From contig JAKMXF010000277.1 of assembly GCA_024704765.1 (NCBI GenBank), forward strand, positions 1-64,000: DNA of 64,000 nucleotides. Reading direction: 5' to 3'. Each line of letters starts with the position of its first letter. The first letter of the stretch is position 1. Under the pieces are notes generated by a model, which saw nothing but the letters and a program-made list of their open reading frames with translations, was not told where the DNA came from and made no database searches. The DNA comes from Oopsacas minuta. Its lineage: Eukaryota; Animalia; Porifera. The translations under genes were made by a program, and so were the position numbers. Shown here one piece after another: positions 9,943-21,600 of this stretch.

Positions 9943-12522
9943 TCAAACAGATCCGTACTGAAAAGTTGTAGGGAAAGTGTTTGCGGCAAGGGGAGTGCAC
10001 ATCCTCAAATGGAATATCTCTCCTGATTCGACATTGTATTCGAAGAGTTTCTTAGAGGTCTCTGCTTGAATATTTTTCACGATCAAATCAAATTGACTAG
10101 TAGGTACGTGTAATTTGTTACTGACTAGCAGTTTAACCATCTCTATCGTGTCTCGAGATTCAACGTCAAATTGACTCTTCATTCCTGAATGAATAAACAC
10201 ACATAGATAGTATTTTATAAATGAACCACATGCATGAAAGTATTGTCTCAAAAATTTGATGTTATATTGAATCTAAGAACAAAAATTATTGGTGTATAAC
10301 TAGTATTTCTCAAGTAGACTATCAATTCTAGTTATCTCGAATTGTACAAATATGGTTCCAACCGTCAAAGTAACATATACTTCATCGAATAAATCGGAGT
10401 AATTATCGCGGCCTCACGAGATTCGATATTTCGGGAGTTGACTGTACTTACCAGAAGGATTAATTACGATAATAGGAAAGCTTCCCACATGACATATTTC
10501 CAGTCTTATAACCTCTCCCTCTCCTATTTGACACTCAGCTACTCTCTTATCATCATTAAGCAGATTCTCTCCGTGACGTAATAGCTGTTTCTCTACGGTT
10601 ATAGCAGTCTGTTCATGAATCCATTCTTTTATGAATCGGATCTTAGTAGCCGGCGTAACTTCTATCGGGAGTCTACTCTCCTTATCAAGTTGTATAAGAA
10701 TAACATACGTTACAACTGCACGTACTTCTAGATCCATTTTATCCTTGTTACATATTCCGTATTCTAGCAAAGTTGCTGCATCCGCCAGTTCTATTCCTTT
10801 CCATTTAATAACCTAAGTAAATAAATATTAAATATACAGTGTAAGGCATACTGTTTGTGGAGGTTACACTGTAATAGCTAATGTATTAACTAACCAATTC
10901 TCCAACTCTAAGATGCTTATACTTATCAGCTAAATGGTATTTCAGCTCTAACACTGTAGTTATACGCATTAGATTCTGCACGTTAATCATTCTAGGAGTT
11001 TTCTTTTCTGTTCCGCTTGTAAAAGATATTTTTATTTCTATTACTTTCATAGCTTCTGTAGGAGAGTAGTTAAGATGTGCTGTGTTCTTTGTTACAGTAG
11101 ATACACCTAACAATTATAATTAATCTGTAATACATCGTAAACAAAATTCTCATTTTCAGTTTTCCATGTGTAAATTTATTGTTGGTATTTATGAAAATAA
11201 AGTAAACAAATAATGAAAATCTCAAAATAAAGGTAGAGACTTGCTCTTAACGGCGACAATGTGGTAACAATGTACGCTGATTCTAAAGTTAGCATTTTCA
11301 AATTTATTATATGCAAATTGACGGAATCGAGGCAACTGCGTAGCGATGAGCGGGCAGATTAGAATTTCCATAAAAGAGATCGTAAGCAAACAACTAACTG
11401 AGAATTTTAATCAGTTCCTTTAGAGATTCCACCTCATCATAAGCAGAATCTGTTTTATGCTGTGTAACCTCCTGTATAATATCAGCTTTGCTAGCCTCAA
11501 ACAATTCGTTGACACTGCAATCTTTATCCTAAACAACTCTAGTATAAACTACACAAATAACAAACTAGTGTGTCAGGAATTACCTTAAGTTTGATATCGA
11601 TTTCTTGTGAAATAATATCTTGAAAGTTTTCTCTTAATTTCTCCTCAAATTGTAATTCGAAGTTCTGTGCTGAATTTACAGGTTCGTTTTGTAAATTCGC
11701 CTAAAAAGCAAGCGTCAAATTTCTGTAATGTATCTGTTTAGACTTTATGATGAATTTCGCTATCAAATTACTGGAAAGAAATGCAAGTACACAACTTTAA
11801 TTAAATTCTAGCTCAGGTGCGATAGCAAATATGGCGGTTGTTGTGATATAAATCGAATTGATTAATTGCAATTGTAAAAAGTGCATTCGGAACCAAATAT
11901 CTCCAAATATGGTTAAAATACCTTAATCTGTTGTAATTCCTCTGACAATAACTTATTTTCTTTTGAAACTTGCTTCAATTGATCTTTAAAATCCTGTAAA
12001 TCTATCTTTAACTTTTCTATCCGCCCATCGTGTCCATCGTCGTATCTAACAATATGACTCAGGTAAATCTACGTGTCGGGAAAAACCTTGTCTATGAGCT
12101 AATATAATGTTTTTGCTAGATCATATTACCCGTATCATAAACCTGTTTCAAATTGACGACAAATATCTATTACTTGACTTTAGGGAAGTACAAACGCTCA
12201 GACACTCCCATAGAACAATACTAGATTTCTTGACATCATTAAGGATGTAATTTCAGAACAATAGGAAGCAGCCACGAGTGTACAATTAGAAATTAGCTAA
12301 TTAACCCACCTCATACTCGCCCAATTAACTAATTAAAATATTGAAATTATCATCAAAGATTGAAAATGCAATCTCTAAGCGGTTTCTTTAAAACTGAAGA
12401 ATTAACAGATAAGATAGATAGCTAAGGTAGTAAGCAGTATATGAATATTGAATTAATTAATAGTTGTTTTACTTGATAACTGACAGGAATAAACTCTAAG
12501 ACTCCTAAATCTTGTAACCTGA
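9943..12522 (-). CDS. Multi-exon protein: coiled coil plus three tandem ubiquitin-like domains; 5' end unresolved, possibly extending to about 13265
   Basis: Phase-consistent exons 12045-11922, about 11699-11583, 11528-11399, 11106-10895, 10812-10452 and 10184-9943. Ubl-like segments end LLEYGICNKDKMDLEV, RVAECQIGEGEVIRLEI and KLFEYNVESGEIFHLRM. Confidence 0.6.
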
Positions 12523-14165
12523 CCTAATAAACTCTATACACAAACTAACAGTACTGCTGGTCTGCTACAGTAATTCGAGCAATATATTGAGAGGTTGGGT
12601 TACATCTGGGACGTAAACAAAGAAAGTTCAGTTTAAAGTAATTTGTTGTTTATTATTGTCTATTGCATAAAGTGCATCAGACAGATTTGTAGCATAAATT
12701 GAGCTAATTTGTCGACAGAAATTACTTGTTTTTGTGAAATTCAAACTCTTACAGATATTCGTATTACTCTCTCATACATCCTACAATACTATCAAGGAAT
12801 ATTAGGATGATAATCAGTGTTGCCAGATCACGGACAAATTCATAGAATGAAATTTGCCTTATGTCAATAACTTTGACGTGAAACTAAGCTATCCGTTGCC
12901 TCACTTGTCCACTTAAATGAAATCACTCATTTTAGGAACGACAATTTTTTGTGTTTGGACTTTAGAAAATCTGGTAACACTGAAATATTTACAATGATAA
13001 ACGTATCCGTTAGACAAATCACATGAAATGTATGACTAACCTAATACCATTGTTAGTTGGTACTACGAGAGTAATCTCTTTGTTCTCTACAAAACAAACA
13101 AACAATAAACAACAAATAAACCTAAACAAACACAAACAAACCGTGTATAATATTAGAGTTAGTGTGTGTAGTAGCAATGTTTTCAACCTGTTCCCCACGA
13201 TCAAAATCTTCCCTCAAAACATGTTTATCAGTTTTCCTCGCGCGTTTTGACAATATCATCCCCATCTAAATACACAGAATAATAGAGTTATCATTACGGT
13301 TATGATAGTAATGCACACTTAGAATAGCTTGAAATATAAAACAGATTCCCTGCGTGGGCAGTGAAAATGCTTTCCTGAACAAAACTATATAACGATAGCA
13401 CTATTATGAAAATATTAATTGGTAATTTTGGTGGTAATATCTATCTGTGTGTAACCATAAACATAGAATACTACTTCTGATATATATATCCTCGCTAGAA
13501 TTATCAATATACATATTTCTAACTTACCGTTCAACTTGATGCGTGTGTATTGACTGTAACAGACAGAAATTGAAATAAAGTCTGCATCGCGCCAATACCT
13601 TTTTATATATACAGCTCGATAACTTAATATTTTTCAGTGTAGGCCTTATATTGAAAGAAGTGCTTAGATCATAACTGTAATAAGACTACTTAGGACAATA
13701 ATAATAACGAATAATAAAGACATAAATATTGTTATTTGTTAGTCATTTCATTTCATTTCCTAGAAATGGACAGTTTATCTAATATCTAACAGTCGGTTCC
13801 ATTTCCTCAAATTTAGAGGTGTTAACATTCTATTTCTAGCAGACTTACTGGGATTTGGGACCAGACTATTATTATGAAAGCAATAAAGCTACTGTCAAAT
13901 CCTGTTATATCAAAGCTCAATGGACCGCAATGAGTACTTCGATATAACCGATGATATATATGTTACTTTGACGGTTGAGACCATATTTGTACATTTTCAG
14001 GATTCGATATAAGCGGGCATTTCTATATATCCGTGCTCTAGGTAACGAGGTGACTGTGTATAATTATTGATCCATAGTGAAGTTCGCCTATTAGCAAGTC
14101 GAATTAGCACGAATTTCCCTTGCCAATACTCGACTTGTTATTAGAGGAATCATTTCTAATACAAA

Positions 14166-15722
14166 ATGAACTATCCACTATATTTCAAAAATTACAGTGA
14201 TATATACCATGGACCAATATTTGTATCTAGAAATACTAGTGTAAGTATGACAAGTCTAAAGCTAGAGTTAGGATACCCAGCTTGCTCTGAGCTATGTCAA
14301 CACCCTTCATGCTGGCCATCATTTACACCAGCTCCCAAGAACAGAGGGCTACAGCACCCAAGAATGAAGCGGCTAATACAAGCTCAATCACAAGCTGCAC
14401 ACAGGACAATAGACAAGACAATGGCAACTGATGCTAGTCTTGCTACACTCAAGATATTAGGTAAATAGTGTGCTTACAAATTATAGTCTTTTCCGGTATC
14501 CACTGTAATCTTATAGACATAGGACAGCTGACAGATGTTGACATTATGGCACGTCCATCTCCCACACCTATCCATTTCTTCCCAGCTGTTTCAAGCTCCA
14601 GGAAGAGTACACGTACAGCTACACAGAGTCGTTGTACCAGATCTAGAGCAGATACATCTACAGTACTAATACAAGATTCTAATTCTCCATTGAGCAATAC
14701 TAGGAGAACTCTATTATTCCCTCGAACAGAGCATAACATAAAATCTCTACCTGTCCGTCTCAATTACGTCACAGTACATGATCCAATAAACCCGATCACT
14801 TCATCTCCTCCTGTCAAACAGCTGACATGGCTACCTGCTAGTCCGGAGAAGTCCTGGCGAATGCCTACAGCATCTCTTCAAATATCCCCGCTCAAAAACG
14901 TAACGAGTCAGCTGATCGAGGAAGGGTTTGAGGATGAAGGTGACGTCACCACTGCCTACCCTAAGACAGGTCCTCTACCTGTGTTACAGACTACATGGCT
15001 GAGCTGGGACGAGAATGTATTCTCGTTAGCTAGGAATCAATTGGATGGACAAATTCGTGTAAGTTGAATATTTATATACTAATAATATCCCAGTAGTATA
15101 CTATTGGTTAAGTGAAATGTCTCGAGACATAATCTTCCGAGAATAGAGCACTCTGATGTACATTTTTTGAGATATGTCAATTCTTAAGTAGATCAGCTGA
15201 TCGATTTACGCTTAATAATATATCTTACAGACAGATGTACAGACAGACAAGCAACTACTCTCCAGTAGATCTGACAGTTCCTATCTTTCCAATAAGGAGT
15301 TATTCCTCTCAGGACGTGGGCTGTGGCGTCCTAAAAGAATCAACAAACGTACATCCAGTAATACTCGTGTTACTCCAGCTCCTCCTACCTCTAATAACCA
15401 TACAGGTCAGCATGAATATCCTCCTCAGCTGTCTCAGGTTTCTATTAATCTAAACGACATTCCACACATTCCTAAACGGGTTCCCGTTGTACTGGAGAGG
15501 TTTCTATCTCGTAAACAGCCTCAAACCATCACAAACACTTCTCCGCTTACACCTCCCCTCCCAGTAGAGCCAGACCTAGACCGGTACCTCCTTGAAGACA
15601 CGGACCTTGTGAGTGCTCCCCCTCCTACCCCTGACTGCTCTCAGAACTTATCACAAAAGAGAAAATCATTACAAATTCATTTACCCACTTCTCCCAGTCA
15701 TATCCAGCCGAATGAGCCATAA
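14166..15722 (+). CDS. Uncharacterised multi-exon Ser/Pro-rich protein
   Basis: Open exons 14166-14461, about 14520-15058 and about 15297-15722 (ELFLSGRGLWRPKR...QPNEP*). The N-terminal CQHPSCW motif resembles, from memory only, C9orf43/DUF4647. Confidence 0.5.
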
Positions 15723-15788
15723 ATTGTATCTAATCTATTATATCTATTACACTATATTATTAATGTTATTATATTTCCATAATTAGCT

Positions 15789-16340
15789 ATGAACTACTAT
15801 CAACTACTGAACTGCCCCAATACAGCAGGTAGCGAGCAGATACAAGCAGAATACAGAACTATTGCACTCCATACTCATCCTGATAAGAATATTGGTAAGT
15901 ATACACATTCCTGAGGTGTTATCTCGTTGTTATACAGTGTAACCTCCACAGATAAGGGTGCAAAGGACCCCAAAAATGCTACCCCGCTTATGGAGGTTAC
16001 ACTGTATACACATTCCTCACGTCTTAGTGCGTTGCCATATTGTGTTATAGATAAAACAGATGTAAAGTTTACAGATTTCGCGTTAATAACGCAAGCTAGA
16101 GATATTCTATTAGATCCCTCATTACGTCATCTATATGATAAATGGTTGTATTCTCAAATACCAATTTCCTTCCAGGATTTTATGAAGAAACAGCAAGGAA
16201 TCAGTTGTTCGACACATTTCACATTTGAAAGTGTCAATTCTAAAATGATACAAACAGAACAACAAACCAAACCATGGAGAAGAGGTAAACCAATTGGAAA
16301 TGTTTCAATTTTAAGTCAATTCAGAAATAATGACTTTTGA
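15789..16340 (+). CDS. DNAJC12: Small J-domain co-chaperone, about 131 aa; exons 15789-15894 and 16051-16340
   Basis: MNYYQLLNC...ALHTHPDKN (HPD motif), ARDILLDPSLRHLYDKWLYSQIPISFQDF and C-terminal FRNNDF match the DNAJC12 pattern. The phase-1 intron is in frame. Confidence 0.8.
15935..16004. mobile_element. 70-bp MITE (family B) in the DNAJC12 intron
   Basis: Perfect 14-bp TIR CAGTGTAACCTCCA/TGGAGGTTACACTG flanked by TA. Relatives near 10837, 18970, 28480, 31670, 34487, 38597, 48055, 52313 and 60785. Confidence 0.85.
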
Positions 16341-16721
16341 TTATCGCAGATTTTTGGTTATATTCTCTACGAGATGGCTTCTGAATCTGAATTAAAGATA
16401 ATTTTATTCAATATATGCACACGTAAGAAGCATAAATACGGATTTATTAGCTAACTAATCGCTTAGATCATAAATCTACAGCCAATTTATAACCGTTAAA
16501 CCGAGTTTTATACATTTAGAAGTATAAAATCCAAATTGATATATCTGTACAATATAGAGTTTATAGAGTGTATGCACCCTTTGAAGTAGAAATACAGTTC
16601 TTATAACCAGGAAAATGTACAGGAATATATTAGAGCCTTTATATGGGATGGTGCTTGTATCTGGCTTCCACTGTATAATATTAACACAATCTATTTACAC
16701 AATTAGAAATAGTACAATAAT

Positions 16722-18431
16722 ATGTCTCAAGCATCCATGGACGTAATATCCCATTCATCTCCTCCTAGGGAGCATTCAGTAGGATTAAGTGAGAGCTTAG
16801 CTTCTATAGCTATACGCTATGACAGTACTCCCAGTGAGTTAGCACAGCTCAATAAGCTATCATCCCACATGGTATATCCGGGGCAGAAGCTCAAGGTCCC
16901 ATCTCCTGACGGATTATCAGGGCTGATTAAGAAGCTACCTGTATCCCCATCTCTCCCTATAAAGTCTAATAGAGTACAATTCAGTTCCCAGTTCTCTTCC
17001 TACGAGAATATATCAATAAGTAAGAGTATGGGAAACGAGACAGAAACATTCCAAACATCTTTACCCCGGGCTTCTCCTGGTGACGAAGTAACTGATACTC
17101 TAATGCGCTTCAGAGCTAAATACATCACACAGACCAAAGGATGTGTACACGGTAAATTACACTTATGTCCCCAGTCTATTATATTTGAGCCTGATCCTAA
17201 CGATCAGCTGGTGGAAGATAAAGGCAAAGATGAGTTTGCTGTGATATTATCCATGCAGGGTATAATTGACTTAACAGTGACGTCAGACTTTACAAAATTC
17301 CTCATGTCTCCCCCTAGATCATTACCTCGTACTATTCCCATCAAATCCCCGCTAGCTAAATCCAAACAGTACAAGGAAGTTGTTAATAGTTTTCCAGAAG
17401 ATGAAATATTTGGAGCTCCTTTAGACTTTGAAGTAACTGAATCAGCTCAAGAATCTTGTACAAAACACTGCATAGAGAATATACCAGATGTTGTAACGGA
17501 TTCTACCGATGGGTTACCACAACCAATGTTCTTACGTCTCACAGTGCTAGAAACACCATTGGATACATTTGACACACCAGCTGTATCAATATTCTCTCGG
17601 TTAATAAAGCATAGAACAGAGCAAGACGTTAAGAGAGCTAAATCCAGACAGGAGTATTGGTTTGCTATTCCCCATTCACTGTCTGATGCCCTGTACGCCT
17701 TCCTTATAACCTGGAATTCTAATTTACACAGACAGGATTCTGGTAATCAAAACACAGAGCCATTAGACGATACGTCATACACTCTACACTTCAAAGATAA
17801 TTATATAGCAGATCTTCCCTCATCTTCATGGGATGTGCTACCTAGCTTAACTACCCTCAGAGAAATTGATCATAGAGCACAGGCAGATGCTGTCCCATTA
17901 CCTAATCTAGTAGGTACAGCTTCTCTACTGAATCAGCGACTGCTTAGAGAGCTTAACTACCTGCTCCCCTCACGTACAGTAGGTCATGACATGTGGTTGA
18001 TATACAGCTCATTCGTACACGGTATAAGCTTAAGAACTATGTATAGGAATATGGAGACATGCAATGGACCTGTCGTATTTATACTGAAAGATGATCAACA
18101 GGGCGTATTCGGGGGTGTAATATCTTGTCCTCTACGAGTATCAGAACACTATTACGGTACAGGGGAGTCCTTCATGTTCCGAGTGGAAAGTACAAGTCAC
18201 AAGGTATCATCGTACCATTGGACAGGTTTAAATACATTCTTTGTAAAGGGAGATCATGATTCTATCAGCTTCGGGGGAGGTGACGGGAAACCTGCACTAT
18301 GGTTAGACGGAGATTTCTATAACGGATCATCATTCCCTTGTTCTACATTTGATAACTTACAGCTGTCTGGGAATGAAGACTTTTTATGTACTGGATTCGA
18401 ATCTTGGGGGTTTGTAGATTGGAGCAGCTGA
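16722..18431 (+). CDS. OXR1: OXR1/NCOA7 family protein (LysM + GRAM-like + TLDc), intronless
   Basis: LysM ESLASIAIRYDSTPSELAQLNKL...VYPGQKLKVP. TLDc LIYSSFVHGISLRTMYR, HYYGTGESFMF, ALWLDGDFYNGSSFPCSTFDN. Confidence 0.9.
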   Translation: MSQASMDVISHSSPPREHSVGLSESLASIAIRYDSTPSELAQLNKLSSHMVYPGQKLKVPSPDGLSGLIKKLPVSPSLPIKSNRVQFSSQFSSYENISISKSMGNETETFQTSLPRASPGDEVTDTLMRFRAKYITQTKGCVHGKLHLCPQSIIFEPDPNDQLVEDKGKDEFAVILSMQGIIDLTVTSDFTKFLMSPPRSLPRTIPIKSPLAKSKQYKEVVNSFPEDEIFGAPLDFEVTESAQESCTKHCIENIPDVVTDSTDGLPQPMFLRLTVLETPLDTFDTPAVSIFSRLIKHRTEQDVKRAKSRQEYWFAIPHSLSDALYAFLITWNSNLHRQDSGNQNTEPLDDTSYTLHFKDNYIADLPSSSWDVLPSLTTLREIDHRAQADAVPLPNLVGTASLLNQRLLRELNYLLPSRTVGHDMWLIYSSFVHGISLRTMYRNMETCNGPVVFILKDDQQGVFGGVISCPLRVSEHYYGTGESFMFRVESTSHKVSSYHWTGLNTFFVKGDHDSISFGGGDGKPALWLDGDFYNGSSFPCSTFDNLQLSGNEDFLCTGFESWGFVDWSS

Positions 18432-18644
18432 TTTAAGGGAATTTTAATGTATTTTCTGCGGTCGAACAAGCATTTTTCATATTTGTTAACTCAATTTGCA
18501 TTTAGCTTGTTTGTGTATTCCAAGCTTGCTTTGAATCTAATTCTGTTTACTCATTTTCTCTTCAATTTACCCGTCGGTTTACTTATATAATTATTTTAGC
18601 TTATTATTAGCAAATAATTCAATAATACAAAGTTAATATAATTC

Positions 18645-21600
18645 TTATTCATTGGAGTTTTCTTCGTTGTTTTTGGCTACGCTAAGCAGACAGTCACTAG
18701 TCAATGCCATGCTTAAGAAGTATTGATCTTCCGTAACAAATCCAGAAGTATGTCTCCTGCTTATTTGTATCCCTTTAGCTATCTGATACATGTCAATCTT
18801 CCCTTCTGTATCGTTCTGACGTAGCGCGTAGAATACAGCACTGAATTGAGCTGAGTAAGGCTTTGTATCACTGCAATGAACTGCTATTTTCTCGCTTTTA
18901 CTCTCCTTTGTGTAAGCCTCAACTTTCGTCATAAATTGTACGAATCTAACAGTGAATTAAATCAATACTATATAGTATAGCCTCCATGAAACTGGGTACT
19001 AGACACGCCAAAAATGCTACCCCGTTTATGAAGGTTACACTGCACCTATATTACTTTAAGTATGCACTAACATACCTATCGTGTCTTCCCGTCGTGTGGT
19101 TAGTCTCCATAAGAGTAGGCCAGTCCTTACACAGAAATACCTTAATATTATGTCTATCCATATCATTAGTATCCTTGTACTCTAAATCAAACCATTGCAT
19201 TAGCTTCTTATCATCAATATAACCTGTTGCTACTGTTTTTACTTTAAAAGGTCCAAAGTTTTCGTCCTGTCCTATCGGTGGCCAGTATGGACTCATTGGC
19301 TGTTTCCCATCTCTTTTAGAGTTATCATAGCGTAGCTTCTTCTTAGCTGTGTAAGCTTCTATCAATTCCTCGAATGTACAGAGTGCTATGACTGTAGAAA
19401 CTATGAAAGGATATATATACATGATTATATTGCTGTTAGATGGCTAATAGAATTGCTATAGGTTTGGGCCGGATATGATTACAATGTAATCGCGTGAAAG
19501 CAATCACACTAGCCCTATAATTACATTAATAATTACCTCTCTGTTGCTTGTACAGATGCAGATTGAATTGAGGGTTATTATGGTTAGCATACTCAAAATC
19601 ATTAACACATGGATGTCTGGTAGCTATAATCTCCTCTCCGTATATGCTGTGTAGCCAGAATCCCTGGGATTGATTCTCATCTGTTATATTAGGTCCATAT
19701 ACTTGTACCTGTCCTGCTCCGAATAAGAATAGCTCATACCGAGTACACTCGTCCATAGACAACTTCTCTTCAATGTTAAGAGCCCGTTTATTAGTGTAAA
19801 TATCTTTACGTCTACGGAGATTATCCTTTTTACCATTTTCCTTATTATTCTGCTCTTCCACTGCTTCAGCTCTTCCTCCTTCCAAATGCTTCTTATGTGT
19901 TCTATAGTGTGTGTATGCTGGAGAGTTTGCGAATGTATTAAGCAAATACGGTTTGTACAGTTTTAACTGTTTGTATTCCTTCTTAGAGTTTTCTGTCTCA
20001 TCAAACGGATCTTTCTGAGTTTTATTTCTATTATCTTTCTGAGTTTTATTTCTATTATCTTTCTGAGTTTTATTTCTATTATCTTTCTGTTTCCGCTCCT
20101 TCTTGAACCTATTTGCAGCAGTATCCGTCTTTATAAATAGAGCCTCTGGGATTAATTGCCCGGTAAAGCTAGATACGAACTTTCCTCTATCTTCTACGTA
20201 TTCTATCTCATCATCAGATCTGTATGTCTCCTCTTCCTTCTCAACACCTGTCTGTTCAGATTCTTTCTTCTTGTCTTTACTTTCCTTTAAACTTTCATGT
20301 CTTTCAGCTCGCTTTTTCTGTTGTTTTTGATATTTTGTATCTAGCTCTGTATTTATAGCTTCTCTCTCTTCTGCGATTATTTTCAAATCCTTACTCGCGT
20401 CTACGACCAGCTCCTCCAGCGTTTTCATGAATATCTCCATTCTATCTTCTCTCCAGGGGTTGTAGTCACGTGGTAGCTCAAATAACTTCTTGTACTTAGA
20501 ATCCAGTTCACCTGATTGGCATGTAGTACTTGTCAAAGTTAAGTCTAGGATAATAGAATGTAGGAATTCATATTGTGTGTGTGTAGGGAATAACTCTAAT
20601 TCTTTCTGTCTGCCTTGATTGTATAGCTTAACGAAGAACTCGAATAAATTGAAATTTTCATTTTTCCTTGTCCGTCTCAAGAGGTAGTAAATAGAAATGA
20701 AAGTAGCGCATCTCGCGCCTGCGTCACAGTGTAAAACTATTGACTTTTTTCTAAACGGCGTTTGCTTCTTGCACCAGAAAGACAATACAAATTCAATGAA
20801 TGGATATGTTTTACTTCCAATCTCAACCTGTGGCCATGTCAAGAAGTTAAACAGCCTTATTTCCAAAGAATTATTCGTATTCTCTTCCCGTATACGTAAC
20901 TGTCTCATCGTATAGAACTGAGAGCTGAAATAACTAATAGTAGATATGTAGTATACTCTCTCATTATTTTCTTTCTTATCATTTCCTTTCTTATCGTTCT
21001 TAACTTTAAATCGTTTATCCTTTGGTCCGTGTGGATAGAAGATAAACTCCCCGCATTTAGTAGCATTATCCTCAGGACAATATCCTATGAACACTACGTC
21101 ATCAGGTTTTCTATGGAACAGGAAATTAAGATAATTTACTTTTAGCTCCTTCTCACTCAATCTCCCAGGATTCCCGAATAATTCCTTCACAATAAAGAAT
21201 CCTGGACACTCGTCAATATCCAGCATACTCTTGATATGCTCTTCTTCCCAGCTGGGCTCAAAATTCCTATCCTCCTTTTCTAGCAACGGTGTGCAATCAT
21301 CTGTAACATCAAATGAATTGGTTGAGCTGTCTGCTTTAGCAACTTCATCAGTTTTATGTACGTCAGTTTGTCTATGTGTTACACGTGTCAAATCATCATT
21401 CACATAAACTTCTGATGTCATTCTCACAGGTTGTACTGTATGGTATACTTCGTCTCCAACATGAGCTGCTCCCTTCAACGCCTCGTATTCATCTTTAATC
21501 TTCTTAGGTTCCCAGAATTTAACTTCCTCCAAGCTATCCTCCAATTCATTGAGCCTATACGTATTCTTATAATCCACCTTATTTAGCTTGTATCTATCAA

